Shown piece by piece: positions 52,620-64,000 of a stretch of 64,000 nt of DNA; position 1 is the stretch's first letter; each line of letters starts with the position of its first letter. The DNA is from Trichoplax sp. H2 (taxonomy: Eukaryota), in NCBI GenBank assembly GCA_003344405.1, contig NOWV01000255.1, positions 1 to 64,000 of the forward strand, in the 5' to 3' direction. The translations under genes were made by a program, and so were the position numbers. The notes below the pieces were generated by a model. It was not told the origin of the DNA, made no database searches, and was given only the letters and a program-made list of their open reading frames with translations.

Positions 52620-53696
52620 TAGCAAGTTCTTCGAAGATCGTGTAGTATTTCCATTCTGATGGACTACATGAATTTATGATGTCAGTTGCACCTTGTGCGC
52701 AAATTTAACATTTCAGTTTAATTGATACAGCAAGATTGGTTTCAATACAATGTACGCGTAGGTATATTCCTCTTTTCATCATATTCTTGTTTATTTCACT
52801 TGCAAATGAGGATATTTATAGTCACGATAAAAGTATAAGCTATGAATTTAAAACGTTACAAATGATAGCTTGAAAGCATAAATAATTCCTACTGACCTAA
52901 TTTCGCTTAAATTAATAACTAACTTTCACTTATTGCAACGACATATTTTTACGTAATGTATATGAATTTTGCCTTTCATATAATGTTTATATACGGGCAT
53001 TTTATATTATTAACAACTTATACTGTTTAAAATATTTCAAATTAGTTATTACAATATTTGGAAAGTTGCTGTAACGATTTATATTTCCTTTATTGGATAT
53101 CTGCTGTTCAATTATATTAGTTTGACATGCACAGATGTAGTACCTGTGTATCCATTTATGGGTTTTTATTAGCATGGCTAAAAATGCCCGAAATGAATGA
53201 ATATTTATGATGAAGTCACGACGATTTTAATGACTAGATTTAAACCTATTTTATGCAGTCTTATAGGAATAAATTAATACAAACATCAATTTGGAAACTC
53301 TCATGTTTTGCGCAATACATTTTGAGTTACCCATCGGTTAAATATAAACAAGATGTTACATCATGCTTTTAAAATAATCAGTGAACCATGTGCGATCATA
53401 CAGTACAGTATAATTATTTGTATTTGATTTCGTTTGGAACGTAATCATACGAACAGTATTATCTCGACCACCTACATGGTACACTATACAGTACTCCACT
53501 AGATAGTACATACAGTAACAAGACAATCATTAATCAAATCAATTCTAGTACTAAGCTCCTTGCATGCTTGAGTCAAACCATACAGTCATAATATATCGTC
53601 AGCCGAACATTTGTAAAATCTGTCTATCTATCCCGCTGTTGCTGCTGCATGGTTGTAATCCTAGTTTGTCATACAACATCAACCGGAGTTCGGAGG

Positions 53697-54011
53697 AATA
53701 TTTGACTCTGATGCAATACATTTAGCTACTAAGTATTTTGTCCTACCTATCATTATTACTTCGTGTTTTAGTAAAATATTTGATTCTGATGCAATACATT
53801 TAGCTACAAAGTATTTTGTCCTACCTATCATTATTACTTCGTGTTTTAGTAAAATATTTGATTCTGATGCAATACATTTAGCTACAAAGTATTTTGTCCT
53901 ACCTATCATTATTACTTCGTGTTTTAGTAATATATTTGACTCTGATGCAATACATTTAGCTACAGAGTACTTTGTCCTACCTATCATTATTACTTCGTGC
54001 TTTAGTAAAAT
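53697..54011. repeat. 78-bp tandem repeat x4 just upstream of carrier copy B
   Basis: Near-identical units start at 53697, 53775, 53853 and 53931. Confidence 0.97.
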
Positions 54012-54048
54012 CCAGCAGTCTCTACATTTATGGCTTTTGCTTGAATTG

Positions 54049-57000
54049 ATGAAAGAAAAAGTGTTGACAGTTTACAAATCGAATTTTTCGATCAGTAGTA
54101 TGGATACGAAAGGCGATCAAAATGTGGTACGAATAACTGCCGCTCAAAAATTAGCCTCATCATGCTTCGGCGCAATGGCCACGGCTGTTATAGGTACTGC
54201 TGATAATACTGTAATTATGTACTCATCAATCAGGATGAATTAATGCCAATTTCTGTTTGAAATGACTTACCTAGCTACGGTACTGTTGCTGCGAATTATA
54301 ATACAGTATACGAGCATTATAATAATGATTTACAAAGTAAGCGGATATCGTGATGTTACGATCAATCATACTGTACTATACGTATAAGTGTCATTTTATT
54401 GTCATGATAAGAATATTGATGTAGATTTATGAGATAAAATATAACGAACGTCCTAGAATACTCGAAATTGATTAATTACGAAACAGATATCTTCTGTACT
54501 TGTAGATATCATATTCTGTGCAAGCACTTACTAACTCTGAGCTATATTTCTCATCATTTGATGATTATTGTTTGTTCAAGTTACACCTTTCGATGTCATC
54601 AAGACACGGATGCAGATCAAGCGGAATGCTCGTCTAGCTAAAGCTCCAATATCAGAATGTACTGTAATTAATTGCTAATTCTGATACCTGATTTAATTCC
54701 TGTATGCTGCAGGGCGTAATATTTGCAATTTCAGCTCAACACATTAGCATAATACAATTGAAAGATGTAGCGAGAATAGTGAATAGTGACTGATGCTTGT
54801 ATAATATTATATGTTTACAGCTGTTCCATACGTGCTATGTAATGGCTTAATGGATCACAAATGCACTATGTGCCCAGAAACGATGATGAAGAATTGCAGG
54901 CCTACAATGTGGGTAAGTTGATGATCGATCTCCTGGAGGCAATGTTTTATCCACAACTGCAGTACGTGGTATATCGAATTGTACCTCTCCTATATGTAAT
55001 TCAAGCTCTTTTGCCAATAATTGCACACCTGCATTCAAATAAATATTATCACCATTGAACGTCGTAACTAATAGTAATTTTTATATACTCGTTAATAATA
55101 GTGGTAGCGGACACACACTTTGTCATTACTCTTTCGTTAAACAACTAATTTGTAATTATGTTGTTATAGGGTACTTTCGTCAATATAATAAGGAATGAAG
55201 GACCATCAGCATTATATCGAGGATTACCGCCGACATTGTATGTAGTTAAAATCTCTATTTTTCGTTCATTGTCTAACTATTGTTGCTAGCTCATAAGAGT
55301 TTCATATTGTTGCACTTTAGTTATTAAATTATTAATCGTAATATAAACTTACATAGGTAATTCTATCTAAAGTTGAAATGATGTTATATCTAAGCCTGTT
55401 TAAGCTAATCGGCCAGTTCAGTTTCTTTAATATTGTTCTATACGATCCTACTATTCATACGAAGTACTGTGAATCGTTGCCAAACATTCTTATATTCGTA
55501 GCTTAATTCTGCGATATGGATAAAGCTATGTTAATCCCCCAAAAATTAACTGTAGGGCTCCTACCAAACGAAAATTTATTGTAACTTTCAAAAACTGCCA
55601 TTGATAAAGTTATTAATGCTATTATTAATTATACTTCGTTGGTTGTAGAGTATGTTGGTGGTTTAGCACAGAAAATGATAGATAGCTGTTATACTTTCTC
55701 TTGTTTAGGATTATGGCAATTCCATCGACAATGATATTTTTTACTGCGTATGACATTTTAAAAGAGAAGTTGACTCCGCATCTTGGCAAACGACAGGATG
55801 TATTAGCTCCAATGCTTTCGGCGATGCTTGCTAGAGGTATATTTACTACTGTTATGGCTTACTGTAGTAATATAATGCCTGAAGTTTTGATATGATCCGT
55901 CTTACAGTTACGGTTGTTACGGCAATTTCCCCTATGGAACTTGTCAGAACAAAGATGCAAGCTAGTAAGACAGCCGGATATGGAGGTGAGAATAGATAAA
56001 GTCTTGTTACTCTAATTAGCATACACATTATTATCTAGTTAAATTATCAGTAAATAGCGGTAAAAATTTTAGAACTATTTGAGTTATTTGCGATAGTAAT
56101 TTGCTGGCATTTATCTATAGAATTGGTTCGTATTGTTTATCAGGAAGCAAAAATAAGTGGTGTATCGACATTGTGGCGTGGCCTGGGGACAACCCTTATG
56201 CGTGATCTTCCCTTTTCTGGTAGATTTTGAATAGCGTTTTGTATCGAAAAAGATACCATTAATATTTCTGCAAATTCATTTTATTCACTTGTTTATTTAT
56301 ATTGCAAGCATTTTACTGGGCTGGGTACGAAAACTTCAAGAAAAGATTTAATACTTTGACAAATGGAAAGTATCCTAACATAAGTAATTTTTCCGCAGGT
56401 GCTACATCCGGCATGGTAAGGTTCCTTTTAGTTACTATTTACTAGACTAATTATGTAAATGTTCTATCTGGATCACCTTAGTGGCTCTTCCATTACAGAT
56501 AGTAGCCGCAGCAACTACCCCTTTCGATGTAGTAAAGACTCATTTGCAAGTAGATATGGGTGAAACAAATAGTAAAAACGGTAGCTAATATATACACTTA
56601 AAAAATTGTATACGCAAATATGTATAATGATGTACATAAAATAAAATTTATACGCCTGCAAAGTTTGCTAGTTGTCATTAACCGATTAAACCCACACACA
56701 GATTAGTTGTAGTGGTCTTACTAAATGTATATTTTAATTGTGTATGCAGGAAGCCAAAAAGTACCTTCTATGTTTGCTATTATGAACAATATTCGACAAC
56801 AATATGGTGTTAGAGGACTATATACCGGTATGAAATTAGTTTATAAAGCATAAATAAGCGTATTTTAGCATTCAGCTTAATAATAGTCATATAATAAGGT
56901 ATAGAACCCTGAAATTTATAGAATATCCATAAACAATATTTAACTACTTTGTAGGAGTTGCTGCTAGGGTTATTAAAGTTGCACCAGCAAGTGCAATTAT

Positions 57001-57058
57001 GATTAGCACCTATGAATTCTGCAAAGATTATTTCGCTAAAAAAAATCGTTTGACCTAA
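54049..57058 (+). CDS. SLC25A40: Mitochondrial carrier SLC25A39/SLC25A40 family, copy B, 11 exons (start ATG 54049 or 54100)
   Basis: Exons 54049/54100-54193, 54581-54658, 54821-54912, 55170-55237, 55709-55836, 55908-55985, 56121-56219, 56309-56415, 56499-56580, 56750-56827, 56955-57058. Motifs [57 protein letters not shown]. Same intron phases as copy A. Confidence 0.93.
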
Positions 57059-57920
57059 ATTGGCTATGATGTATTTGGTATACCAGACGAAAGGAGTCAC
57101 TTTCAAAAGTTAAATGCAATCCTGTTTTCGAATGCTCAATTGATCATCTGTAAGAATACTATACGCATATATTATAAAGGTTTCTAAAATGATTACATAT
57201 TTGAAATTGCAGTAATTACATTCAGTTTGGTGGTAACACTGCATGGTAACACTGATTTGACATACGTATATCCATCCATACTGTAGTTGATTGCTTTGAA
57301 GAATTACGTAAACCCTAATTTAAAATCCTAACTTATTTATAGGTATTGCTTAATTTTAGTTTAGTGCTATTTCGTCATATTGGCTGTCTATAGAGAAGCC
57401 ACCGGATTGATAATTGATAGCAATTTACGTCATGTAGTTGTTTATTGAGGTTTTAAGTTAATGTTGGCTATAACAAAATTTATCAGCCAATGAAAACATT
57501 CCGGTAAATTAATTTACAAATAAACATTTAACAAATATCAACCAATATGAACAGCTATACGCATATAAAATTTATACAGTACTATTTAAAATCTGTACAA
57601 ACAGGTAATATCTACGATTTTTTGTCTTACTGAAATAAATAAATTTCTTGTGCTTAATAATCGATTAGACAATTTTTAAGTCTAGCAAGAAACAGGGTCA
57701 GTTCTGTACATGAATCGAAATAGCAAGTTACTGTAAAGCATTAAGGATATGATATAGGTACACCAATGATAATTATTTACCTCATTCATAGTCAATACAA
57801 TACTAGCCATATCTTATAGTCAGTTTCTATAGAAAACCGTTTGTGTGCCTATGCAGACCATGAGGCCATAGAGTCAAGACTTTAGTCTCAACCAATCTTT
57901 ATAAAGTGGCAAGGGTGATT

Positions 57921-59643
57921 TCAAGGCGATTGCGATTTATCGATTTCTTCTGCAGCAGCTAGTAATGATGCTATAGCATCGGATTGTTGTACAAGAGGCG
58001 CATAAGCCGCATAAGGTGTCGGTAAGGCAGCAGAGAACTTGGCAGGACTGTGACAAACGAATTCTATGCAATCCATTGGCCTACAGACTTCCTCTTCAGG
58101 TCCTGTTATTGAGATATGTTTAATTCATCTCAGCAAATGTGCATATCAGACGTACGCGTACTTAATTTAGCATGGCTGGTTTAAAGATAATGTGAGATTC
58201 TACGCCTACTTTATTTAAAATCAGTTGATTTTTTATAACTGTCACTTTACCTAAGACGAAAATAGATGGATCGAAATGATCAGGACAAGGTTGAGTAGGG
58301 AGTAGCCAAGTTAATACGACACTTTTTTCACCATACTGATCTTGCATAAACCCACGAATCTGCGCAAAAAATATTCCACCTTGAATATCCACTAAAGACA
58401 CGATATCACCGACTTGATACTTTATACCCTGAATAAAAAACAGTACTGTATAGTCAGAATGTTATAATAGTTGTGTGGATAATAGAAATCCTTCATTTCT
58501 GTCAAAAACTACTGGAGCATTGGACGAATTATTTAGCAATGACATTTCTAAGTTCGTTAAATTTCATTAGGAATCGTATTTTAACTGCTTTTATTCTGCA
58601 TCTACGATACTATAGCTACTTGTCTATTTAATTAAGATCAGGTGTAGACTGTAGACCTTACCGAAACAGAGTATTGTAAAATACTGTACATAGCGTACCG
58701 TAAACGTTAGTAATTTGTGTTTTTGATCAAACAAAGCCATCTATGATTATCTTTTTAAATTACTGTACGAATTGAAAAAAATTCCAATATGAACTATTCG
58801 CATTTGTGTTAAAGTCACGGTTTAAATTAATTTAATTTTAACTTAAGCCTGCAAGATTTCCAAACCATGCGGTCGTACGCGTACTGTACAGTGTACAAAA
58901 TAGCAATAAAGAGAATTGGCTGTAGTGAATTCTGATATACAACTACTGTATAATGATCGTATGAATGAAAGTCTCATGAATGTTAGCCATTGGCAATGAT
59001 TAATATACATAGACACCAATATAATTAAACCATGAGACTTATGAATTATGATATAGTAATCCTGAATGATAGCTGTACTTACCTGATAAAATATTCTACT
59101 GCAGGTTACGATTGATGCCACAGCTGAAGGAGCTTTAATCGGCTAATGATAAAAGGTCAATGTAGAGATATTAGCTATGGAGGTATAGTGTTTATAGTTC
59201 CAGTAGGTACTGTTAGGCATGAGTATAGTGTACAAAACTACATTGGAGGAAAATGCATTGAAATCAAGACCTCCATAATAAAAGGACATATGAATCAGTA
59301 GATCGAGCGTAAGGCAGGATTATGAGTAAATTACCTTTCTCTTTTTCAAACTTCGTCTACCCCTTTTGGATACGAGCGAGCTTTTCGCTTGTCCTTGAGA
59401 GCGTGTACGTCCACTGCTACCATTGCCTTTATCCCGGTGATTTCCCTTACTGCTACTGCTACTAGCCGTACTACTACTAGTATTCCTCTTCTGAGTTGAA
59501 CTATCGTTGTTATCGGAGGAAGGTAGTAAATTTCGCTTAGTGTAACAAATTTGGCATACAATTTGATCGTTGGGCAGACGATGCCACATGGTGGTGGATG
59601 TCGCTTGGCACCAGACGCAAACGGGCGCACTTCCAGGTGGCAT
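57921..59643 (-). CDS. GATAD1: GATA zinc finger domain-containing protein 1, 4 exons, 242 aa
   Basis: Exons 59643-59335, 59142-59083, 58428-58251, 58102-57921 (729 nt). N-terminal CVWC..W..CQIC finger, then PIKAPS, YQVGDIVSL, AQIRGFMQDQYGEKSVVLTWLLPT, FDPSIFVLGPEEE and EFVCHSP, which match GATAD1. Confidence 0.95.
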
Positions 59644-59828
59644 TTGGGATAATTTAGCAAGCTCTTTCTACAAACGATGATGTAAAGTATACAAGTAACC
59701 TTGAGCTCGATTCTATCTGAATAATCTGATGATGACCACTAGGCAGTAAACAAAGTTGGAGACAAGAGTTTTGATGATTTCGAGTATGGTTTTATTATGG
59801 AGAGATTGACTCAAGTTGAATGTCTTGA

Positions 59829-60912
59829 CTACAGTACAGTACAGTACAGTACACAGTACGGAAAGACTTACACTTTGTACTGTACTACAGGACTGTACTG
59901 TACTGTACAACTGATCGTGCTGTGACGTTGCTTTTGCGAGCTGATCATACAGTATTATGACTTGATAAATACTGTAAGAAGAATGACTGAAAAGACAGTA
60001 ATACTGTTCACTTCTAAGGACATGGTCACAGGCACTATTGCACACTATTCAGTAGGGTGTAGAACTGATGGTGCTGTGACATTACTTTTGCGAGCTGATC
60101 ATAATATGGCTGGATAAATACTGTAAGAAGAATGACTGAAAACACAGTAATACTGTTCACTTCTAAGGACATGGTCATAGGCACTATTGCACACTATTCA
60201 GTAGGGTGTAGAACTGATGGTGCTGTGACATTACTTTTGCGAGCTGATCATAATATGACATGGTCACATGCACTGTTGCACACTATTTAGTAGAGTGTAC
60301 AACTGATGGTGCTGTGACACTACTTTTGCGAGCTGATCATAATATGACTGGATAAATACTGTAAGAAGAATGACTGAAAATACAGTAATACTGTTCACTT
60401 ATATGGATGGACATGGTCACAGGCACTGTTGCACAGTATTTAGTAGAGCGTACAACTGATGGTGCTGTGACATTACTTTTGCGAGCTGATCATAATATGA
60501 CATGGTCACATGCGCTGTTGCACACTATTTAGTAGAGTGTAGAACTGATGGTGCTGTGACATTACTTTTGCGAGCTGATCATAATATGACTGGATAAATA
60601 CTGTGACTGAAAATACAGTAATACTGTTCACTTCTATGGGCATCGTCACAGGCACTGTTGCACACTATTCAGTAGAGTGTAGAACTGATGGTGCTGTGAC
60701 ATTACTTTTGCGAGCTGATCATAACATGACTTGATAAATACTGTGACTGAAAATACAGTAATACTGTTCATTTCTATGGACATCGTCACATGCACTGTTG
60801 CACACTATTCAGTAGAGTGTAGAACTGATGGTGCTGTGACATTACTTTTGCGAGCTGATCATAATACGACTGGATAAATACTGTAAGAAGAATGACTGAA
60901 AATACAGTACTG
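59829..60912. repeat. CAGTA/TACTG tract plus an 8-copy minisatellite in the GATAD1-PDIA5 divergent promoter region
   Basis: Core AACTGATGGTGCTGTGACATTACTTTTGCGAGCTGATCATA at 59909, 60063, 60212, 60301, 60454, 60543, 60683 and 60823. Confidence 0.95.
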
Positions 60913-61183
60913 AACGTACTACTGGCCGCGCTGTCATTGGACATCAAACAAAGAGAATCGTTATCATCAGTCAACGACTCGCTTCTAACTGACCCGCCCC
61001 GGTAGTTCATACTACTGTAAAGTATAAAAAGCCAGTCGGAGACACTTGCAAACCAATCGACTTTATCGCCGTGTGTGCAAGCTAGCAAAAGCGTTTGGCT
61101 TGTAGTCCTAATTGAGAAAGAAATTGGGTTACTACTGGTTACTAGGGAAGGAAGCAGCTTGATTGAAGAAATTATTCAAGATC

Positions 61184-63843
61184 ATGAGAGCATTTTTAGC
61201 CATTTGCATCCTAATATGTGGATGCTATCTACTTCAGGTTAGTGTAATTCATGCAATTGACTATACAGTACTTTTGGCCAAGGCATTGATTGCAGTAGGG
61301 CACCAATGGATCACAACTGCTGTTATTGTTGTATGGCTGATACGTGCGCACTCAGGAAATGAGAGAACTTGTTCATCACTCTAGTCACATAGATTTGTAC
61401 AATTATTTCGAGTGCAAAGTAGATAGTAGATTGGATCATTCAATGGACAACTCTATTTTAGTATTACTTTCAAAGGCAGTCTGTGTTGCGATGAGTAGAA
61501 TCCAAGCTTATCGAGCTGCAATGGTCCTTAGCTAGTCAACAATGTTGTCGTTAAGCTGACGTGGCGTTATTCAAATATGTACTTTACATTCATTAAGTTA
61601 ATCCGCACACCTGCTTAACGTTCAATATCAAAGTATGGTCAAGTTTTACTCGATCAGTTTTCGAATCGACATCGGAAATGGCTATAGAGTAGATATGACA
61701 TAAAATTAGAATCTAAAATAGATCCATGTTGAATTCTATCGACGGCTACAACTTGTGGCAAAAGATACCTTACATGAAAGATGTAATGAAAGGGGGAAAA
61801 AAATGATTTCGGGATGAGTGATTCTCGGCTCTTTCTCTCTCAATGCTATATAGACTAGTCTTGCAGCGAAAAAGAAAAAATCAGATAAAGGTCATGTTAT
61901 TCAAATCGATAATGTGAAGGAATACAAGAAGCTACTGCGTACGCGTAAGAATATCTTGATAGCATTTTTCAAAACAGGTAAGAGATCGTGATAGGACAAG
62001 TAGGTCATCACAAGAGGGATAGCACTTTTTCTTTTCAATGAACATCAATCATAGACTACTAGAAAGGAATCTATATAGAAAAGAACTCTTTCTAATAGCT
62101 ACTTCATGCTTGAATCTATTTTGAAGTCATAAGGAGTATTTAAACACAACATTTTCAGTTATTGCTGTTATCCATGCCGGTGGTGGATAGTATGATTTCA
62201 ACTTGAATAATACAAGTTCTTACTAATGAGTATTAATGCGGTATAGTTTAAAGTAGCAACTACCAACTTAATATGGCTATATCGTATGAGTTGATTAATT
62301 GATAAATAAACATTTAGAAAGCGGCATAGAGTACTCACTACACTAATTGCATGATATTGCAATATATTATGCAGTTAGTTGACTTAATTCACTAACAATA
62401 AGAATAGCTTAAGTCCTTATTATAATGCCTACACAGAAGAGCATTATACAGGCACTAATCGCTTGCTAACACAATAGCCGCAATTTACAATGAATCTCTT
62501 TCGTCATTTCCCTAGTAATCATGGAATGTATCCATTCTACTGCTATAATAATTGGATATTTTACTGCTTAACAGGACTAAGTGAAGATACTTTTGATTTT
62601 CTCTCAATGTATGATAGTCTACGTTGAGCTTTTTTCACTTCAGCAACACAATTTCAAGCTAGTTTTTATGATACATTATCATAAGCCAAGGGTTCAGGAA
62701 CTAGTTCAAGGTACAATACTACAACTGACGTTCGATAGTAATCGGACATCTGTGATGATATATCTATCATAAATAAGATCCGGCTATTGTTGCTCAAAAG
62801 TAATTCAGCACAATGCTTTCGACATGCTTCGACTTTGGACTATTTTAACTTTCATCACACCGATTATATTTCCATCTTCATCGATTGAACTAGAATACAA
62901 TTGCTAGTAGGTGTATCTCAAAACATGCTTCTCGGATCATGAATGAGTTATACGCTATTAACTTCGGCAATTTCAATGACTGCGGATTAAAAACAATAAT
63001 ATTGGAAGATCTGTTATAGAATTAAATGTGAAATGATAGATAGGGGAAAGTATAAGATGTAGCCTTCTATAATATCTTTTCCTTTCCAATTTTTTGAACA
63101 TTGTAATTCTACTTTCTCATAAATAATGAAAATTTTTTCCAAAGATTAAATCTCGCACAATGAATGCCATTGAATAATGATTAATGCTTTTATGCTAATG
63201 CACAACAAGAACAGCTATTGAAAGCTTAAATATTTGAAAATGGCAAAATTTTGCTGATAAACTCTCTTGAAATAGGGTAGTTTTAAACAAATAGCACTCT
63301 TACAGTAGGATAACCATGAACATTTCCTAAAGTGAATTCGTACTTACATGTTCTATTTATATCGGGATACAATAATCATCTAGACCTTTAGCGACTCTCA
63401 TGTCAAGATAACAATTTTCTCGGCTGCATTTTGATCTTGCATTATCCTTCTTGATTAAGCATTTACCTATGTAATATAGCAAACTTTTGACGATAAAGTT
63501 CCAAAGATATTAAAAATTAAGAACAAAGTGATAACTACAAGTTGATCAATATATATTTCTCATGTTTATTCTGTAATTTTTGCATGAAAATTAACAATTT
63601 TGAATTAGGTCAGTGATAATGCGGTAGATGTGCATTCTATTTTAACGTACGTAATTAAAAGATGGGTTCATATTCTACAGAAATATAAAATTTCTTTAGC
63701 ACTTGTAGATTTATAACACAACTAATCTAAATCGATGAAATCCTTGTCACTCTAGGTGGAGATATTGGTAAAAAATTAGATACACTAATACGAGCTGCAA
63801 ATCAGGTCTATGGTATTGGAACGCTTTCATATGTTGACTGCGG
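61184..63843 (+). CDS. PDIA5: Protein disulfide-isomerase A5 (PDIR), first three exons; 3'-partial
   Basis: Signal exon 61184-61237 (MRAFLAICILICGCYLLQ). Exon 61854-61977 KEYKKLLRTRKNILIAF and exon 63756-63843 AANQVYGIGTLSYVDCG match the PDIR N-terminal non-catalytic thioredoxin-like domain (KKLLRTRNNVL...GQGTICWVDCG). Confidence 0.85.
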
Positions 63844-64000
63844 GTATACAAATCACGGATTAATCAATCATAATTTTCATACATTCTATAATAGTTATTG
63901 GTTAATTTTATTTTATCTCTTAAATTTTGGATTGATATTAAGTTATCTACTTATTGAATGCTATCGCGTTAATAGTTGATATTCGATGGTGTAGATAAGA

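Noticed and set aside
53679..53987. 102-aa minus-strand ORF with 26-aa repeats
   Set aside because: By-product of the 78-bp repeat (multiple of 3); no domain or splice support.
59909..60912. CRISPR-like array (conserved core with variable spacing)
   Set aside because: The intervening segments are homologous to each other, not unique spacers; eukaryotic context; no cas genes.
3477..62772. Most short ORFs in the six-frame track
   Set aside because: They are intron read-through around micro-exons, antisense shadows or repeat-derived. Only the two 7TM ORFs and parts overlapping the exons listed above are supported.

Overview
AT-rich animal genomic DNA with many short introns. The style and gene content suggest a basal metazoan such as a placozoan, which is an inference only. 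There is one 20-N assembly gap at 25833-25852. The first 46 kb hold two tandem paralogous giant leucine-rich-repeat GPCR genes (LGR, type C/GRL101/RXFP-like hinge and 7TM, no LDLa seen). Each has an LRRNT exon, exactly 49 phase-2/phase-2 LRR micro-exons (mostly 72 nt, one LRR per exon) and one 7TM exon. Copy 2 is intact (52 exons, about 1681 aa). Copy 1 is open over about 4.6 kb of coding sequence but ends in TM6, and every lesion (1 frameshift, 3 stops) lies at or after that point, so it is a candidate 5-TM decoy. Relics of further copies and several solo-LTR-like insertions lie in and around the cluster. The last 16 kb hold two tandem SLC25A39/40 mitochondrial carriers, GATAD1 (minus strand) and the 5' part of PDIA5, each with a tandem repeat array and CAGTA/TACTG-rich sequence upstream. 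All exon calls and counts were made by hand.
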